Shown piece after piece: positions 21,211 to 32,432 of a stretch of 64,000 bases of DNA. The notes below the pieces were generated by a model that ran no database searches, was not told where the DNA came from, and worked only from the letters and a program-made list of their open reading frames with translations. Origin of the DNA: Verrucomicrobiales bacterium (GTDB lineage: Bacteria; Verrucomicrobiota; Verrucomicrobiia; Verrucomicrobiales; SLCJ01); assembly GCA_046075565.1 (NCBI GenBank), contig JBJTQJ010000025.1:32001-96000 (forward strand), in the 5' to 3' direction. The first letter of the stretch is position 1, and each line of letters starts with the position of its first letter. The position numbers and the translations under genes were made by a program.

Positions 21211-21434
21211 TGATAGTCGGCGAAGTCCGCCAGTGGCTCGTTGAAATCCTTGGGAACCGGCCCAAAGGCGTGCTTCATCATCCCGCGCTTGCGTTGTTTG
21301 CCCGCGGGCGGACAAGGCCGCAACTCGGCCATGCGCTGGCCGTTGCGGGTGATCACAAAAACCTCCCCCGCCGCAGCTTCCCGCAGGATCTCGGAGAATT
21401 TGGACTTGGCCTCGTAGGCGGCGATCAATTTCAT
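21207..21434 (-). CDS. Phd/YefM-family antitoxin
   Basis: EAKSKFSEIL...GEVFVITRNG...DFNEPLADF. Confidence 0.92.
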   Translation of the reverse strand: MKLIAAYEAKSKFSEILREAAAGEVFVITRNGQRMAELRPCPPAGKQRKRGMMKHAFGPVPKDFNEPLADFADYQ

Positions 21435-21440
21435 GGATAA

Positions 21441-21469
21441 AACATATATCGACCGGTCTGACCGGTCAA
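21441..21469 (-). promoter_or_regulatory. TA promoter with tandem palindromic operator
   Basis: TTGACC-N17-TATGTT, ATG 6 nt later; GACCGGTC-T-GACCGGTC (21451-21467) overlaps the -35 and spacer. Confidence 0.7.
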
Positions 21470-21578
21470 CAAGAGATCCTCACACGTTTGGGTATTTGGC
21501 TTGCCCTTCGTAGCCTTGGCGAAGTAGGGGTATTTCGTCGTTCGTCATTTTCCGCCTCCCGGCGAGGACCGGTCGGGC

Positions 21579-21611
21579 TTGCAAATTTTTCATATCATCA
21601 TATCTTGATGC
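21579..21611 (+). promoter_or_regulatory. metH promoter with possible SahR/ArsR-type operator
   Basis: TTGCAA-N16-TATCTT; imperfect palindrome ATATCATCATATCTTGATGC (21592-21611). Confidence 0.4.
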
Positions 21612-21615
21612 GTTT

Positions 21616-24600
21616 ATGTATGGTTTTCAAAATCTCTCCCCGGTCGAACAGGAGCTCCGCGCCGAGCTGGCGCGGCGGGTGGTCATGCTCGATGGGGCCA
21701 TGGGCACGACGATCCGGGGTTACGGGCTGGATGAGGCGGCGGCGCGGGGCAAAAGGTTTGCCGACGCACCCAAGGATCTCCTGAACAACGGGGATATCCT
21801 CTCGTTGACGCGCCCGGACGTCATCGGCGACATCCACCGGCGGTTCGTCGAGGCCGGTTCGGATATCATCGAGACGAACACCTTCTCCGCCACGGCTATT
21901 GCCCAGAGCGAGTTTTTCATCGAAGACCCGCGCGAACACGGCGGGCGCAAGGACCCGGAATTTTTCCAAAAAATCCTCGAAAATCCCTTCCTGCGGGATC
22001 TGGCCTGGGAGATGAATTACGAGTCGGTCCGCCTTGCCAAGAAGCAGACGGAAGAGGTAGGAAACAGAACCGGGCGCAAGCGGTACGTGGCCGGGGCCAT
22101 TGGGCCGCTCACGGTTTCCTTGTCGGTTTCTCCGGACGCAAATGATGCCGGCTTCCGCGTGGTAACTTTTGATCAAGTGAAAGAGGACTACCGCCGCCAG
22201 GCCGAGGCGATGGTGGCGGCGGGTGTGGATATCCTGATGGTCGAGACGATTTTCGATTCGCTCAATGCACGGGCCGCCTTGGTGGCGATTCAGGAAATGT
22301 TCGAGTCGAAGGCCTGGGGAAATCGCCCGCGCATTCCGGTGATTGTTTCGGCGGCGGTCGGACGCGGCGGCGAAACGATGATCTCCGCGCAGACGAGCAC
22401 GGCCTTTGCCACGGCGGTCTCGCATATCAATCCATTGGCCATCGGTCTCAACTGCTCCCTCGGTCCCGATTTGATGCGTCCGTTCCTGGAAGAACTGCGC
22501 GCCAGCGCCGGGACATTCGTTTCCTGTTATCCAAATGCCGGGTTGCCAAATCCGCTATCGCCGACGGGTTTCGATCTCTTGCCGGAGGACATGGGAAATT
22601 GGCTGCGTGATTTCGCGAGTGAAGGTCTCATCAACCTCGCGGGCGGATGCTGCGGTAACACGCCCGAGCACGTGGCCGCCATTGCCAAGGCCGTATCGGA
22701 GATCGAACCGTCGGCCCCGCCGCGACTGCCAAATGCCCTGCGTCTTTCCGGATCGCAGCCCTATGATCACACGGAGGAGAAACGCTTCCTCGTCATCGGC
22801 GAACGCACGAACGTGGCCGGATCGCCGCAGTTCGCGAAGTTGGTGCGCGCCGGCGACCTTGAGGCCGCCTTGACCGTGGCGCGTCAGCAAGTGGAGAATG
22901 GCGCGAACGTGATCGACATCTGTTTCGACGACGGACTCATCGACGGCATGGCCATGATGAGCCGCTTCCTGCAATTGATCCAATCCGAACCGGACATCAA
23001 CAAGGTGCCCATCATGGTGGACTCCTCGAAATGGGAGATCCTCGAGACCGGCCTGAAATTCCTGCAAGGCAAAGGCATCGTGAATTCGATCTCGCTCAAG
23101 GAAGGCGAGGAGAAATTCCGCGAACAAGCCGGCATCATCAAACGCTACGGGGCCGCCACCGTGGTCATGGCTTTCGACGAGAACGGCCAGGCCGCGACCT
23201 ACGAGGACAAAATCCGCATCTGCGAACGTGCTTACCGCATCCTCGTGGACGAAGTGGGCTTCAACCCGGACGACATCATCTTCGATCCGAACATCCTCAC
23301 CGTCGCGACGGGCATGGAGGAGCATAACAACTACGCGGTGGACTTCATCAATGCCACGCGCTGGATCAAAGAGAACCTGCCCGGCGCTAGAGTTTCCGGT
23401 GGCGTCTCGAATATTTCCTTCTCCTTCCGTGGCAACAACGTGGTCCGCGAAGCCATGCATTCGGCCTTCCTTTACCACGCCGGCAAGGCCGGTATGGACA
23501 TGGGCATCGTGAATGCCGGCATGCTGGAGGTTTACGATGAAATTCCACCGGCCTTGCTGGAGCATGTCGAAGACGTGGTGCTCAACCGGCGCTCCGACGC
23601 GACCGAGCGCCTGCTCGAATTCGCCGAACAATTCAAAGGCCAGGGCGGCAAGAAAACCGAAGAAGATCTTTCTTGGCGCGAGGACCCGGTCGAGAAACGC
23701 CTCGAACACGCCTTGCTCAAGGGCGTGGATCGTTTCATCGAGGAAGACACGCGCGAGGCACTCGAAAAATATGGCAAGCCGCTCAAGGTCATCGAAGGAC
23801 CGCTCATGGATGGCATGGGCATCGTCGGGGATCTTTTCGGGGAAGGAAAAATGTTCCTGCCCCAGGTGGTGAAGTCGGCGCGCGTGATGAAGAAGTCGGT
23901 GGCCTGGTTGGAGCCGTATATGGAAGCCGAGAAAAAGGCGAATCCGAACCAACGCTCGGCCGGCAAATTTCTCATCGCCACGGTAAAGGGCGACGTGCAC
24001 GATATCGGCAAAAACATTGTCGGAGTCGTGCTCGCCTGCAACGGCTTCGAGGTGCGCGATTTGGGTGTCATGGTTTCCTGCGACAAGATCCTCGCGGCGG
24101 CCCGGGAAATGGGCGCCGATGTGATCGGTCTGTCGGGATTGATCACGCCGTCCCTTGATGAGATGACCCATGTGGCCAAGGAGATGGAGAAGCAGGGCTT
24201 CAAAGTCCCGTTGCTCATCGGTGGCGCCACCACTTCCGCCGCCCACACCGCCATCAAAATCGCGCCGCATTACTCCGGCCCCGTCGTGCATGTGCTCGAT
24301 GCCTCGCGTTCCGTTCCCGTGACCACCTCCTTGCTGTCGCACGAGCAGCAGGAGAAATTTGTCCGCGAGAATGAGGAACGCCATTCCACCTTGCGCGCGC
24401 GCCACGCCGCCAAGGACAAGCCGGTCGTCGGTCTCGAGGCCGCACGGGCCAACGCGCCCGCGCCTTCGGATGTCGAGCCAGCCGTGCCCTCCTTCCTTGG
24501 CACCCGCGTTTTCACGAGCCAACCCGGAGCCGAGAACCTTGCCCATGCCGATGCCTCCATCGAATCCGCTGCCACGGGGGCCATTTCCGTTTCGCTGGCC

Positions 24601-25473
24601 GAATTGTGTGAATACATCGATTGGACGCCCTTTTTCCACACCTGGGAATTGCGGGGCGTCTGGTTGCGCCAGGAAAAGCGCTTCAAGACATCGAATCCCG
24701 AAGCCGCGGAGCAAGCGCACAAGCTGCATGCGGATGCGCTCGTCATGCTCGACCACATCGTGAAGGAAAACCTTTTTACCGCGCGCGGAACCTGCGGGTT
24801 CTGGCCGGCCAACCGCGATGGTGATGATATCGCGGTCTGGAGAGATGAATCGCGCAAGTCGCACACCGCGACCTTCCACACCTTGCGCCAGCAGATCCAG
24901 AAAGAGACCGGCAAACCGAATGTCGCCCTCGCCGACTGGATCGCGCCGCTGGACTCGCCCCATCCGCTCGATTACATCGGTGCGTTTGTCGTGGGTATCC
25001 ACGGCGGCGACGAACTGGCTGCCGAATACGACAAACAGAATGACCCCTATTCGAGCATCATGGCCAAGGCCCTGGCCGATCGTCTGGCCGAAGCCTTCGC
25101 CGAACTTCTCCATCACCGCGGGCGCGTGGCCTGGGGCTACGAGCAACCGGATCAGTTTGGCCATGATGAGCTGATCAAGGAAAACTACCGCGGTATCCGC
25201 CCCGCACCGGGCTACCCGGCCCAGCCGGACCACACCGAAAAAGAAACCCTTTTCCGCTTGCTCGATGCGCCCGCCGCGACCGGTGTAACCCTCACCGAAT
25301 CCATGGCCATGCATCCGGGTGCCGCCGTCTGCGGTCTTTGGATCTCCCATCCCGACAGCCACTACTTCATGATCTCCGATTTGCAAAAGGACCAACTCGA
25401 AGACTACGCCTACCGCAAAGGCCATGGAGTCGAAACCATGGAGAAATGGCTCGGCCCTTGGCTGGGGTATTGA
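21616..25473 (+). CDS. metH: Cobalamin-dependent methionine synthase
   Basis: [48 protein letters not shown]. Confidence 0.99.
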   Translation: MYGFQNLSPVEQELRAELARRVVMLDGAMGTTIRGYGLDEAAARGKRFADAPKDLLNNGDILSLTRPDVIGDIHRRFVEAGSDIIETNTFSATAIAQSEFFIEDPREHGGRKDPEFFQKILENPFLRDLAWEMNYESVRLAKKQTEEVGNRTGRKRYVAGAIGPLTVSLSVSPDANDAGFRVVTFDQVKEDYRRQAEAMVAAGVDILMVETIFDSLNARAALVAIQEMFESKAWGNRPRIPVIVSAAVGRGGETMISAQTSTAFATAVSHINPLAIGLNCSLGPDLMRPFLEELRASAGTFVSCYPNAGLPNPLSPTGFDLLPEDMGNWLRDFASEGLINLAGGCCGNTPEHVAAIAKAVSEIEPSAPPRLPNALRLSGSQPYDHTEEKRFLVIGERTNVAGSPQFAKLVRAGDLEAALTVARQQVENGANVIDICFDDGLIDGMAMMSRFLQLIQSEPDINKVPIMVDSSKWEILETGLKFLQGKGIVNSISLKEGEEKFREQAGIIKRYGAATVVMAFDENGQAATYEDKIRICERAYRILVDEVGFNPDDIIFDPNILTVATGMEEHNNYAVDFINATRWIKENLPGARVSGGVSNISFSFRGNNVVREAMHSAFLYHAGKAGMDMGIVNAGMLEVYDEIPPALLEHVEDVVLNRRSDATERLLEFAEQFKGQGGKKTEEDLSWREDPVEKRLEHALLKGVDRFIEEDTREALEKYGKPLKVIEGPLMDGMGIVGDLFGEGKMFLPQVVKSARVMKKSVAWLEPYMEAEKKANPNQRSAGKFLIATVKGDVHDIGKNIVGVVLACNGFEVRDLGVMVSCDKILAAAREMGADVIGLSGLITPSLDEMTHVAKEMEKQGFKVPLLIGGATTSAAHTAIKIAPHYSGPVVHVLDASRSVPVTTSLLSHEQQEKFVRENEERHSTLRARHAAKDKPVVGLEAARANAPAPSDVEPAVPSFLGTRVFTSQPGAENLAHADASIESAATGAISVSLAELCEYIDWTPFFHTWELRGVWLRQEKRFKTSNPEAAEQAHKLHADALVMLDHIVKENLFTARGTCGFWPANRDGDDIAVWRDESRKSHTATFHTLRQQIQKETGKPNVALADWIAPLDSPHPLDYIGAFVVGIHGGDELAAEYDKQNDPYSSIMAKALADRLAEAFAELLHHRGRVAWGYEQPDQFGHDELIKENYRGIRPAPGYPAQPDHTEKETLFRLLDAPAATGVTLTESMAMHPGAAVCGLWISHPDSHYFMISDLQKDQLEDYAYRKGHGVETMEKWLGPWLGY

Positions 25474-25534
25474 CCTGAGGTGGCCCGCCTAACTTGGCAT
25501 TCTACACAGCCCGGATTGATTTGTCCCCGAAAGC

Positions 25535-26038
25535 ATGGAAGGAGTTCGTCTGAACCCGGCCATGTTTGTCGTTCAATCCATCGATCCCGATTCGCCGGCC
25601 TACCGACTGGAGTGTGATCTGCGCCAGCGCGTTCTGCGTGGGCCGCTCGGTCTCGATCTCTTCGATGAGGATCTGGCCGTCGAACGAGAACAATTCCATC
25701 ACGGTCTCTTTGAGGGCGAAAGGTTGATCGGCTGCGCGATCGCCGTCCGCCTGACGCCGGAGGAAATCAAGATCCGCCAAATGGCGGTGGATCCCGACTA
25801 TCAAGGCCGGGGATGCGGGCGCCAGTTGTTGGATGAGGTCATGGCCATCTGGAAAGACCGTGGCATCCGCCTCGTCTCCCTCAATGCCCGCTTGTCCGTA
25901 GCACGATTCTATGAGCGACTCGGCTTCTCACGCACCGGAGCCGAGTTCACCGAGGTCGGTCTTCCCCATGTGAAAATGATCAAGCAATTGCACGGAATTA
26001 CGCTTGCCGGGCCGCGGGGAATCGGACATGATTCTTGA
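25535..26038 (+). CDS. GNAT family N-acetyltransferase (alternative start 25562)
   Basis: RQMAVDPDYQGRGCG acetyl-CoA motif; FYERLGF. Confidence 0.88.
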   Translation: MEGVRLNPAMFVVQSIDPDSPAYRLECDLRQRVLRGPLGLDLFDEDLAVEREQFHHGLFEGERLIGCAIAVRLTPEEIKIRQMAVDPDYQGRGCGRQLLDEVMAIWKDRGIRLVSLNARLSVARFYERLGFSRTGAEFTEVGLPHVKMIKQLHGITLAGPRGIGHDS

Positions 26039-26151
26039 GGCAAATGGGGAGTGGTCCTTTCAGGCAAGCTGCGAACCCCGGGACATGCCGTGTCAGAAAG
26101 GGAAGCCCAATCCGGCCGCCCGGCCTGACCATCACCAATCACGCTAACACC

Positions 26152-27579
26152 ATGAAACACCAACTCCGCGTCGGACTCTTCGGCATCGGCCTCGACACCT
26201 ATTGGCCGCAATTCAAAGGCCTCAAAACCCGCCTTGAACGTTACGTGCAGGAAGTGAAGAAAAAACTCGACCGGCCGGGAGTGGAGGTGGTGAATCTGGG
26301 GCTGATCGACAATCCCGTGCGGGCGCTCGAAGCAGGTCACGAGTTCCGCGCCGCCGATGTCGATCTCATTTTCCTGCATGTCACGACCTATGCGCTTTCC
26401 TCGACCGTTCTCCCGGTCGTGCAGCGGGCGAAAGTCCCGGTGGTGATCCTGAACCTTGCTCCCGAAGCGGCCATCGATTACGAAAAGTTCAATGCCATGG
26501 GCGACCGAACCGCCATGACCGGCGAGTGGCTCGCCCATTGTGCCGCTTGTCCCGTGCCGGAAATCGCCAATGTCTTCAAACGCGCGGGCATTGATTTCCA
26601 CCAGATCACCGGAATGTTGCACGACGACCCGGTTTGCTGGAACGAAGTGGATGCGTGGATGGAAGCAGCCCGCGTCGCCAACACGATGTTCCACAACCGC
26701 CTCGGTTTGATGGGCCATTACTATTGCGGAATGCTCGACATTTACTCCGACACGACCCTGCAATGCGCCACCTTCGGCGGGCATCTGGAAATCCTCGAGG
26801 TGGACGAACTCTCCGCCTTGCGCCGCAGCGTGACCGCGAAGCAGATCAAAGATCGGGTGAACCATTTCCGCAAGGCCTTCGCCGTGCAGAAGGATTGCCC
26901 GCAGCCGGAACTCGAGCGCGCGGCCCGCACGTCCGTTGCCCTCGACTGTTTGGTGAAGATCCACGACCTCGGCTCGATTGCTTATTTCTACAACGGCACG
27001 GGCAACGCGGAGAACGAAGACGCCATCAGCTCGATCATCCTCGGGAACTCTCTGCTCACCGCCCGCGGCATCCCCGTCGCAGGCGAATACGAGGTGAAGA
27101 ATGCACAGGCGATGAAAATCATGGACAGTTTCGGCGTCGGCGGGTCCTTCACCGAATACTACGCGATGGACTTCAAGGAAGACGTCGTGCTCATGGGACA
27201 CGACGGGCCGGGCCATATCGCCATCGCGCAAGGCAAACCCAAAGTGCGCCCCCTGCAGGTTTACCACGGCAAGGTAGGACGCGGACTCTCGGTCGAAATG
27301 TCAGTGAAACACGGGCCGGTGACGCTGCTTTCGGTGGTCGAAACCACCCACGGCAAACTCAAGCTGGTGGTGGCGGAAGGAGAATCGGTGCCCGGTGCCA
27401 TTTTGGAAATTGGCAACACCAACAGCCGGTACCGTTTCCCCATCGGGGCGCGGAAATTCGTCACCGATTGGAACGCGAACGGCCCGGCCCACCACTGTGC
27501 GGTCGGCGTTGGTCACATTGCCCACAAGATCGACAAATTAGGCAAACTACTCGGCGTCGAGGTGACAAGGGTTTGCTAG
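26152..27579 (+). CDS. L-fucose/L-arabinose isomerase family protein
   Basis: GLDTYWPQF, AGEYEVKN, MGHDGPGH, GPAHHCAVGVGH. Confidence 0.85.
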   Translation: MKHQLRVGLFGIGLDTYWPQFKGLKTRLERYVQEVKKKLDRPGVEVVNLGLIDNPVRALEAGHEFRAADVDLIFLHVTTYALSSTVLPVVQRAKVPVVILNLAPEAAIDYEKFNAMGDRTAMTGEWLAHCAACPVPEIANVFKRAGIDFHQITGMLHDDPVCWNEVDAWMEAARVANTMFHNRLGLMGHYYCGMLDIYSDTTLQCATFGGHLEILEVDELSALRRSVTAKQIKDRVNHFRKAFAVQKDCPQPELERAARTSVALDCLVKIHDLGSIAYFYNGTGNAENEDAISSIILGNSLLTARGIPVAGEYEVKNAQAMKIMDSFGVGGSFTEYYAMDFKEDVVLMGHDGPGHIAIAQGKPKVRPLQVYHGKVGRGLSVEMSVKHGPVTLLSVVETTHGKLKLVVAEGESVPGAILEIGNTNSRYRFPIGARKFVTDWNANGPAHHCAVGVGHIAHKIDKLGKLLGVEVTRVC

Positions 27580-27848
27580 CCCGCGCTCAAGGCCGATTTC
27601 GCCTGTTTCCTGCTCTGCCACCACCCTAACAAGAGAAATACACCGCCGACGGAGGTGAATCCGGCCGGGAACTCGATGCCGGGCACGAAGCGTTTCTCTT
27701 TCACAACGTAAGGAATCTCCGTGATTTCGTCGATCTTCTCGACGTGCACCACGGTCTTGGTCCAGCCCCGGTTGGCTCCCTTGGAATACCACCAGGACCA
27801 TCCGGTGAGGAGGATGATGGAACCAAGGAGAAGCCAGACCGAGCGCAT
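27576..27848 (-). CDS. Small two-TM hypothetical membrane protein
   Basis: Two hydrophobic segments flanking GANRGWTKT...DEITEI...RFVPGIE. Confidence 0.7.
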   Translation of the reverse strand: MRSVWLLLGSIILLTGWSWWYSKGANRGWTKTVVHVEKIDEITEIPYVVKEKRFVPGIEFPAGFTSVGGVFLLLGWWQSRKQAKSALSAG

Positions 27849-27862
27849 GGGAGTAAACGGGT

Positions 27863-28480
27863 TCAGGCTTCAGGGGCCGAACCTGCGATGGCGAGCGAGA
27901 TTTCCACTTCGTCGGAAACCTTGTCCGTCGGGGCGGCAGGGTTGATGTCGAAATCGGCGCGCTTCACCTTGAAGGTGCTGCGGACAACCAGCAGATCACC
28001 TTTCATTTGGCCGCCGGTGCGGTCGGCGAGTTTGCCTGGAAGAAGGGTGACCTTGGCCGGCACCGAGATTTTCTGGGTCTTGCCCTTCATGGTGAAATCA
28101 CCCTCGACGGTGGCTTCGACCACGTTGCCGTTCTTTTTCACGTCCTTGAGTGCGCCGACTTTGAAGGAGATTTCCCCATGAGTGGAGGTGTCCATCCAGT
28201 CCTTGCCATGCATGTGTTCCTTCATGACCGGGTTTTCAACGCTCAGGGATTTGGCATCGATGGAGATGGTGCCGGTGGTGGCCTCGGGCTTGTCGGCATC
28301 GATGACAAGCGAACCGGAAACGCCATTGGCAACGCCGGAGATGGTTTCGAGAGGGGCGTCGAGTTTGAAGGTGGCATTATTGACACCCTTCGGATCCTTG
28401 AAGTCGAAGGACTTGGGTGCCGCAATGGCGGGGAGGGCGGCGAAAGCGGCGATAGCAGAGGTGATAAGAAGCGATTTCAT
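27863..28480 (-). CDS. YceI family protein
   Basis: Signal peptide; LDAPLETISG, GDFTMKGKT, RADFDI...DEVEISL. Confidence 0.88.
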   Translation of the reverse strand: MKSLLITSAIAAFAALPAIAAPKSFDFKDPKGVNNATFKLDAPLETISGVANGVSGSLVIDADKPEATTGTISIDAKSLSVENPVMKEHMHGKDWMDTSTHGEISFKVGALKDVKKNGNVVEATVEGDFTMKGKTQKISVPAKVTLLPGKLADRTGGQMKGDLLVVRSTFKVKRADFDINPAAPTDKVSDEVEISLAIAGSAPEA

Positions 28481-28692
28481 GGTATGGGGGCTGGTGTTGT
28501 GGGGGCTGTTGCGCCGCAAGCCGGCGCCCGGATTCATTTTAATGAAGGATCTTCCGCTGATCGATCCCCCGGGGTCACCGCATTCCCTTTCCCCGCCAAA
28601 GCAGGGTTATTCACGCATTTTCAACCCAGCCTCTAGGTTCGAGACCCTTTCTTTGACTCCGGGGCCGGTTTGGGCCAGATTCCCTGGTCCCC

Positions 28693-29637
28693 ATGAAAAT
28701 TCTCATTACCGGAGGCGCCGGATTCATCGGTTCGCATGTTGGACGTCAGCTCACCGCTGACGGACACGAGATAATCGTGCTCGACGACTTCAACGATTAC
28801 TACGATCCGTCGATCAAGCGAGCCAATCTGGCCGAGCGTCTGCCGGGAGCCACGGTGATCGAAGGCGACATCCGGGATCGCGATGCGGTGCGCCGCGCCT
28901 TTGCCGAGAATCCGGGGGCGGTGATTCACCTCGCAGCCCGTGCCGGAGTGCGTCCTTCCCTGAAAGACCCCGAGCTTTACCTTTCGACCAACATCAATGG
29001 CACCTATAACTTGCTCGAAGCAGCGCGGGAAAATGGCGTGAGGAAATTTGTGTTCGCTTCCAGCTCGTCGGTCTATGGAGTGAATCCGAAAGTGCCCTTC
29101 TCTGAAGACGACACCCTTCAGCGCACCATTTCGCCGTATGCCATGACCAAACTGGCGGGCGAACACCTTTGTTCGAACTATTCCCACCTGCACGGCCTCC
29201 AGACGATCTGCCTGCGTTTCTTCACCGTCTATGGCGCGGGCCAACGCCCCGATCTCGCCATCCATAAATTCACCCGCTGGATCCAAGAAGCCAGACCGGT
29301 GGACATGTATGGTGATGGCGATACGGAGCGCGATTACACCTACATCGACGACATCGTGCAGGGTGTCATTGGCGCGTTCCAATACGAGGATGCCGCTTTT
29401 GATATTTTCAATCTCGGCGAGTCGCAGACCACGAAACTCCGCGACTTGATCGCCACCATCGAGTCCGCTCTGGGCAAAAAAGCGGTCATCAACCGCATGC
29501 CAGAACAGCCCGGCGACGTGCCCCGCACCTTCGCCGATATCAGCAAGGCAAGGAAATTGCTCGGATATCAACCGACGACGAAGATCAAAGACGGTATTCC
29601 GAAATTCGTGGAGTGGTTCCTCTCGAAACAGAAGTGA
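28693..29637 (+). CDS. NAD-dependent nucleotide-sugar epimerase (UDP-glucuronate 4-epimerase-like)
   Basis: TGGAGFIG, HLAARAGVRPS, YAMTK, RFFTVYG...RPDLA. Confidence 0.9.
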   Translation: MKILITGGAGFIGSHVGRQLTADGHEIIVLDDFNDYYDPSIKRANLAERLPGATVIEGDIRDRDAVRRAFAENPGAVIHLAARAGVRPSLKDPELYLSTNINGTYNLLEAARENGVRKFVFASSSSVYGVNPKVPFSEDDTLQRTISPYAMTKLAGEHLCSNYSHLHGLQTICLRFFTVYGAGQRPDLAIHKFTRWIQEARPVDMYGDGDTERDYTYIDDIVQGVIGAFQYEDAAFDIFNLGESQTTKLRDLIATIESALGKKAVINRMPEQPGDVPRTFADISKARKLLGYQPTTKIKDGIPKFVEWFLSKQK

Positions 29638-29664
29638 GGTTCCTCGACGCCGGAAAAATGTCCT

Positions 29665-31260
29665 TCACCATCTGGTGATGCGGGTCGGCGAGCGAAGGCT
29701 TTCCACCGGCTCGGGATAATCCATGGTGTAATGGAGGCCGCGGCTTTCCTTGCGCCGGAGGGCGCTATCCACGATCAGGGCGGCGGTATCGACAAGATTG
29801 CGCAGGTCGAGCATGTCCGATGTGACGCGGAAGTTCCAGTAAAACTCCTGGACCTCGCGGCGCAAGTTGCGGAGCCGGGCGGTGGCACGGAGCAGACGTT
29901 TGTCGGTGCGCACGATGGAGGCGTAGTCCCACATGCAACGGCGGATCTCATCCCAGTTGTGGTAAATGACCACCAACTCGTCGAGGTCGGTGGCATCGCC
30001 GCTCTTCCATTCCGGAAGCGTGATTTCTTCGCCCTTTCTTTCGATGGGCAAGCGGCGCTTCATATCCTCGACCGCACGATGAGCGACGACCGCTCCCTCA
30101 AGCAGCGAATTGCTGGCGAGGCGATTGGCTCCATGCAATCCGGTGCAGGCAACCTCGCCCACCGCATAGAGTCCAGTCAGTGTGGATCGGCCATTGATGT
30201 CGGTTTCCACGCCACCGCACATATAGTGGGCGGCCGGGACGACCGGGATGGGCTCCTTGGAGATATCGATACCGACCGAAAGGCAGGTTTCGTAAATGTG
30301 GGGAAAACGCTCGATAAGGAAATCCTTCGGCTTGTGCGAGATATTGAGCCACATGCAACGGCTGCCCGTGCGTTTGATCTCGCGGTCAATGGCGCGGGCG
30401 ACGATGTCACGCGGGGCCAGCGATTCCCGTTCGTCGTATTTGGCCATGAACGGCTGGCCATCCGGACCGACGAGCACGCCGCCTTCTCCGCGGACGACTT
30501 CGGAAATCAGGAAGTTCGTGATCTGATGGTGGTAGAGGCAGGTCGGGTGGAACTGGATGAATTCCATGTTTGCGATGCGGGCCCCGGCGCGCCAGGCCAT
30601 GGCCACCCCGTCGCCGGTCGCCGTGTCGGGGTTGGTCGTGTAGAGATAGACTTTTCCGCATCCGCCCGTGCAGAGGATCATGCGATCGCTGCGCAGGACA
30701 CCGACATCGCCCGTGATCTCATTGAGCACATAACATCCGAGCACGCGATCGAGGACCCCGAGGCCAAGCTTGCCCGCCGTGATGAGATCAATGGCGCAGT
30801 GATTCTCCCTCATCACGATACCGGGGTGGGCGCGGACGCGGGCCAGCAGCTTGTCGGAGATTTCCTTGCCGGTCGTATCTCTGGAGTGTAATACACGTCG
30901 TTTGGTGTGTCCTCCCTCGCGCCCGAGATCGAGTTCTTCATGGCCGTTGATCTCACGGCGGTCGAACTCCACGCCGAGTTCCATCAGCTCGCGGATACGG
31001 GCCGGACCCTCCTCGACGATCGCACGCACGACGGCCTCGTCGCAAAGCCCGGCACCGGCACCGAGGGTATCCTGCACGTGCAGGTCGAAGCTGTCCTCCG
31101 TGCTGGTGACGCAGGCGATGCCGCCTTGGGCCCAAGCGGTGTTGCTATCCTCGCCGCGTTGTTTGGTGATGATACAAACACTGCCGAGTTCGGCGGCCTT
31201 GAGGGCTACGCTGAGCCCGGCGATGCCGCTGCCGACGATGACGAAGTCAAAGGTTTCCAT
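29665..31260 (-). CDS. nadB: L-aspartate oxidase
   Basis: GSGIAG, WAQGGIA, REGGH, QFHPT, TGLHGANRLASNSLLE, ESRGLHY. Confidence 0.97.
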   Translation of the reverse strand: METFDFVIVGSGIAGLSVALKAAELGSVCIITKQRGEDSNTAWAQGGIACVTSTEDSFDLHVQDTLGAGAGLCDEAVVRAIVEEGPARIRELMELGVEFDRREINGHEELDLGREGGHTKRRVLHSRDTTGKEISDKLLARVRAHPGIVMRENHCAIDLITAGKLGLGVLDRVLGCYVLNEITGDVGVLRSDRMILCTGGCGKVYLYTTNPDTATGDGVAMAWRAGARIANMEFIQFHPTCLYHHQITNFLISEVVRGEGGVLVGPDGQPFMAKYDERESLAPRDIVARAIDREIKRTGSRCMWLNISHKPKDFLIERFPHIYETCLSVGIDISKEPIPVVPAAHYMCGGVETDINGRSTLTGLYAVGEVACTGLHGANRLASNSLLEGAVVAHRAVEDMKRRLPIERKGEEITLPEWKSGDATDLDELVVIYHNWDEIRRCMWDYASIVRTDKRLLRATARLRNLRREVQEFYWNFRVTSDMLDLRNLVDTAALIVDSALRRKESRGLHYTMDYPEPVESLRSPTRITRW

Positions 31261-31278
31261 GGAGAGGGTAAAACGGGA

Positions 31279-32151
31279 TTACGCGGCCGGTGGCCCGCCG
31301 GGTGGAACCAAATCGATGTTGTCGATGAGCCGGACGTGACCGAAGAAGACGGCCGCGGCGAGAAAGGCCGGTCGATTGATGATTGGCAAAGGAATCAGGG
31401 TCTCCTCATCGACAATCTCGAGGTAGTCGATTCTGGCCATCGAGGAGGAGGCGATCGGTTCCCTTGCGAGGGCGAGCAGAGAGGCTGCATCGGTTTCTCC
31501 GCCGGCAAGCGCGTCGGCTGCAGCGAGCAGGCCTTTTCGGATGGCCGGGGCTTGTGCACGGGACACCGGGTCGAGGCGGCGGTTTCGTGAACTCATGGCC
31601 AGGCCATCGTCCTCCCGCACCGTATCAGCACCAAGGATCTCGACCGGAATATCCAGATCGCGGACCATCCGGCGGATGACCGCGAGTTGTTGTCGGTCCT
31701 TTTTTCCGAAGATGGCGATGTCCGGCTGGACGAGGTTGAATAGTTTGCTAACAACCGTGCAGACACCGGAAAAATGGCCGGGACGGCTGGCCCCGCAGAG
31801 CGGCAAAGAGACTTTTTCTTCGTTCACCCGGGTGGAGGCATCGGGTGCATACATGGCCGCGACCTCGGGCGAAAAGAGCAGGTCGGTTCCGTTGGCGGAG
31901 GCAATGCGCGCGTCCTCATCCGGTGTGCGTGGGTAAACGGCAAAGTCTTCCTTGGGGCCGAACTGGGTGGGATTCACAAAAAGCGTCGCGACCACTGTTC
32001 CTTTCTCCCCGGCTTGCCGACGGGCTTCCCGGATGAGGCTGGCATGGCCCTCGTGCAAGGCACCCATGGTCGGGACCAACACCACCGGGCCGGAGCTCCG
32101 GGAGGCGCGGAGGGCCTGCCGGATTTCGGGCACGGTGTGGGTGATTTGCAT
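31279..32151 (-). CDS. panC: Pantoate--beta-alanine ligase
   Basis: VPTMGALHEGH, FVNPTQF, RPGHF, GLAMSSRN, RLIDN. Confidence 0.97.
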   Translation of the reverse strand: MQITHTVPEIRQALRASRSSGPVVLVPTMGALHEGHASLIREARRQAGEKGTVVATLFVNPTQFGPKEDFAVYPRTPDEDARIASANGTDLLFSPEVAAMYAPDASTRVNEEKVSLPLCGASRPGHFSGVCTVVSKLFNLVQPDIAIFGKKDRQQLAVIRRMVRDLDIPVEILGADTVREDDGLAMSSRNRRLDPVSRAQAPAIRKGLLAAADALAGGETDAASLLALAREPIASSSMARIDYLEIVDEETLIPLPIINRPAFLAAAVFFGHVRLIDNIDLVPPGGPPAA

Positions 32152-32263
32152 GGGCAAGGATAGGGCGATCCCTGTCGGGATCAACTGCCTTGCGGGTGGC
32201 ACCACCCTACCCCAATGCTTTTTGCGTGGCGCCAGATTCAATGAATGGCGATCAGTTCCCAGT

Positions 32264-32359
32264 GCAAGACCGAGACGGTCTTGCTACGCCTTCGATGTAC
32301 GCTCACAGGCCACTTCCACCTGAGTTTCCATGTCAATCGTAGCCAGAGCGTCCCGCTCT
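32264..32359. repeat. Pair of oppositely oriented GTAG-type REP-like hairpins
   Basis: Minus GTAGCAAGACCG-TCT-CGGTCTTGC (32264-32287); plus GTAGCCAGAGCG-TCC-CGCTCT (32339-32359). Confidence 0.6.
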
Positions 32360-32432
32360 TGCCCCGAAGGGATAGGACACCCGAGAGGCCAAAAAATCAC
32401 CGATGCTCCTTCTACATCAAAAGGCCAAAGCA

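Noticed and set aside
20600-21470. Integron cassette or IS context for the vapBC pair
   Set aside because: No RYYYAAC/GTTRRRY attC structure, integrase, transposase or target duplication seen
22555-25425. 956-aa ORF antisense to metH
   Set aside because: Shadow produced by codon bias
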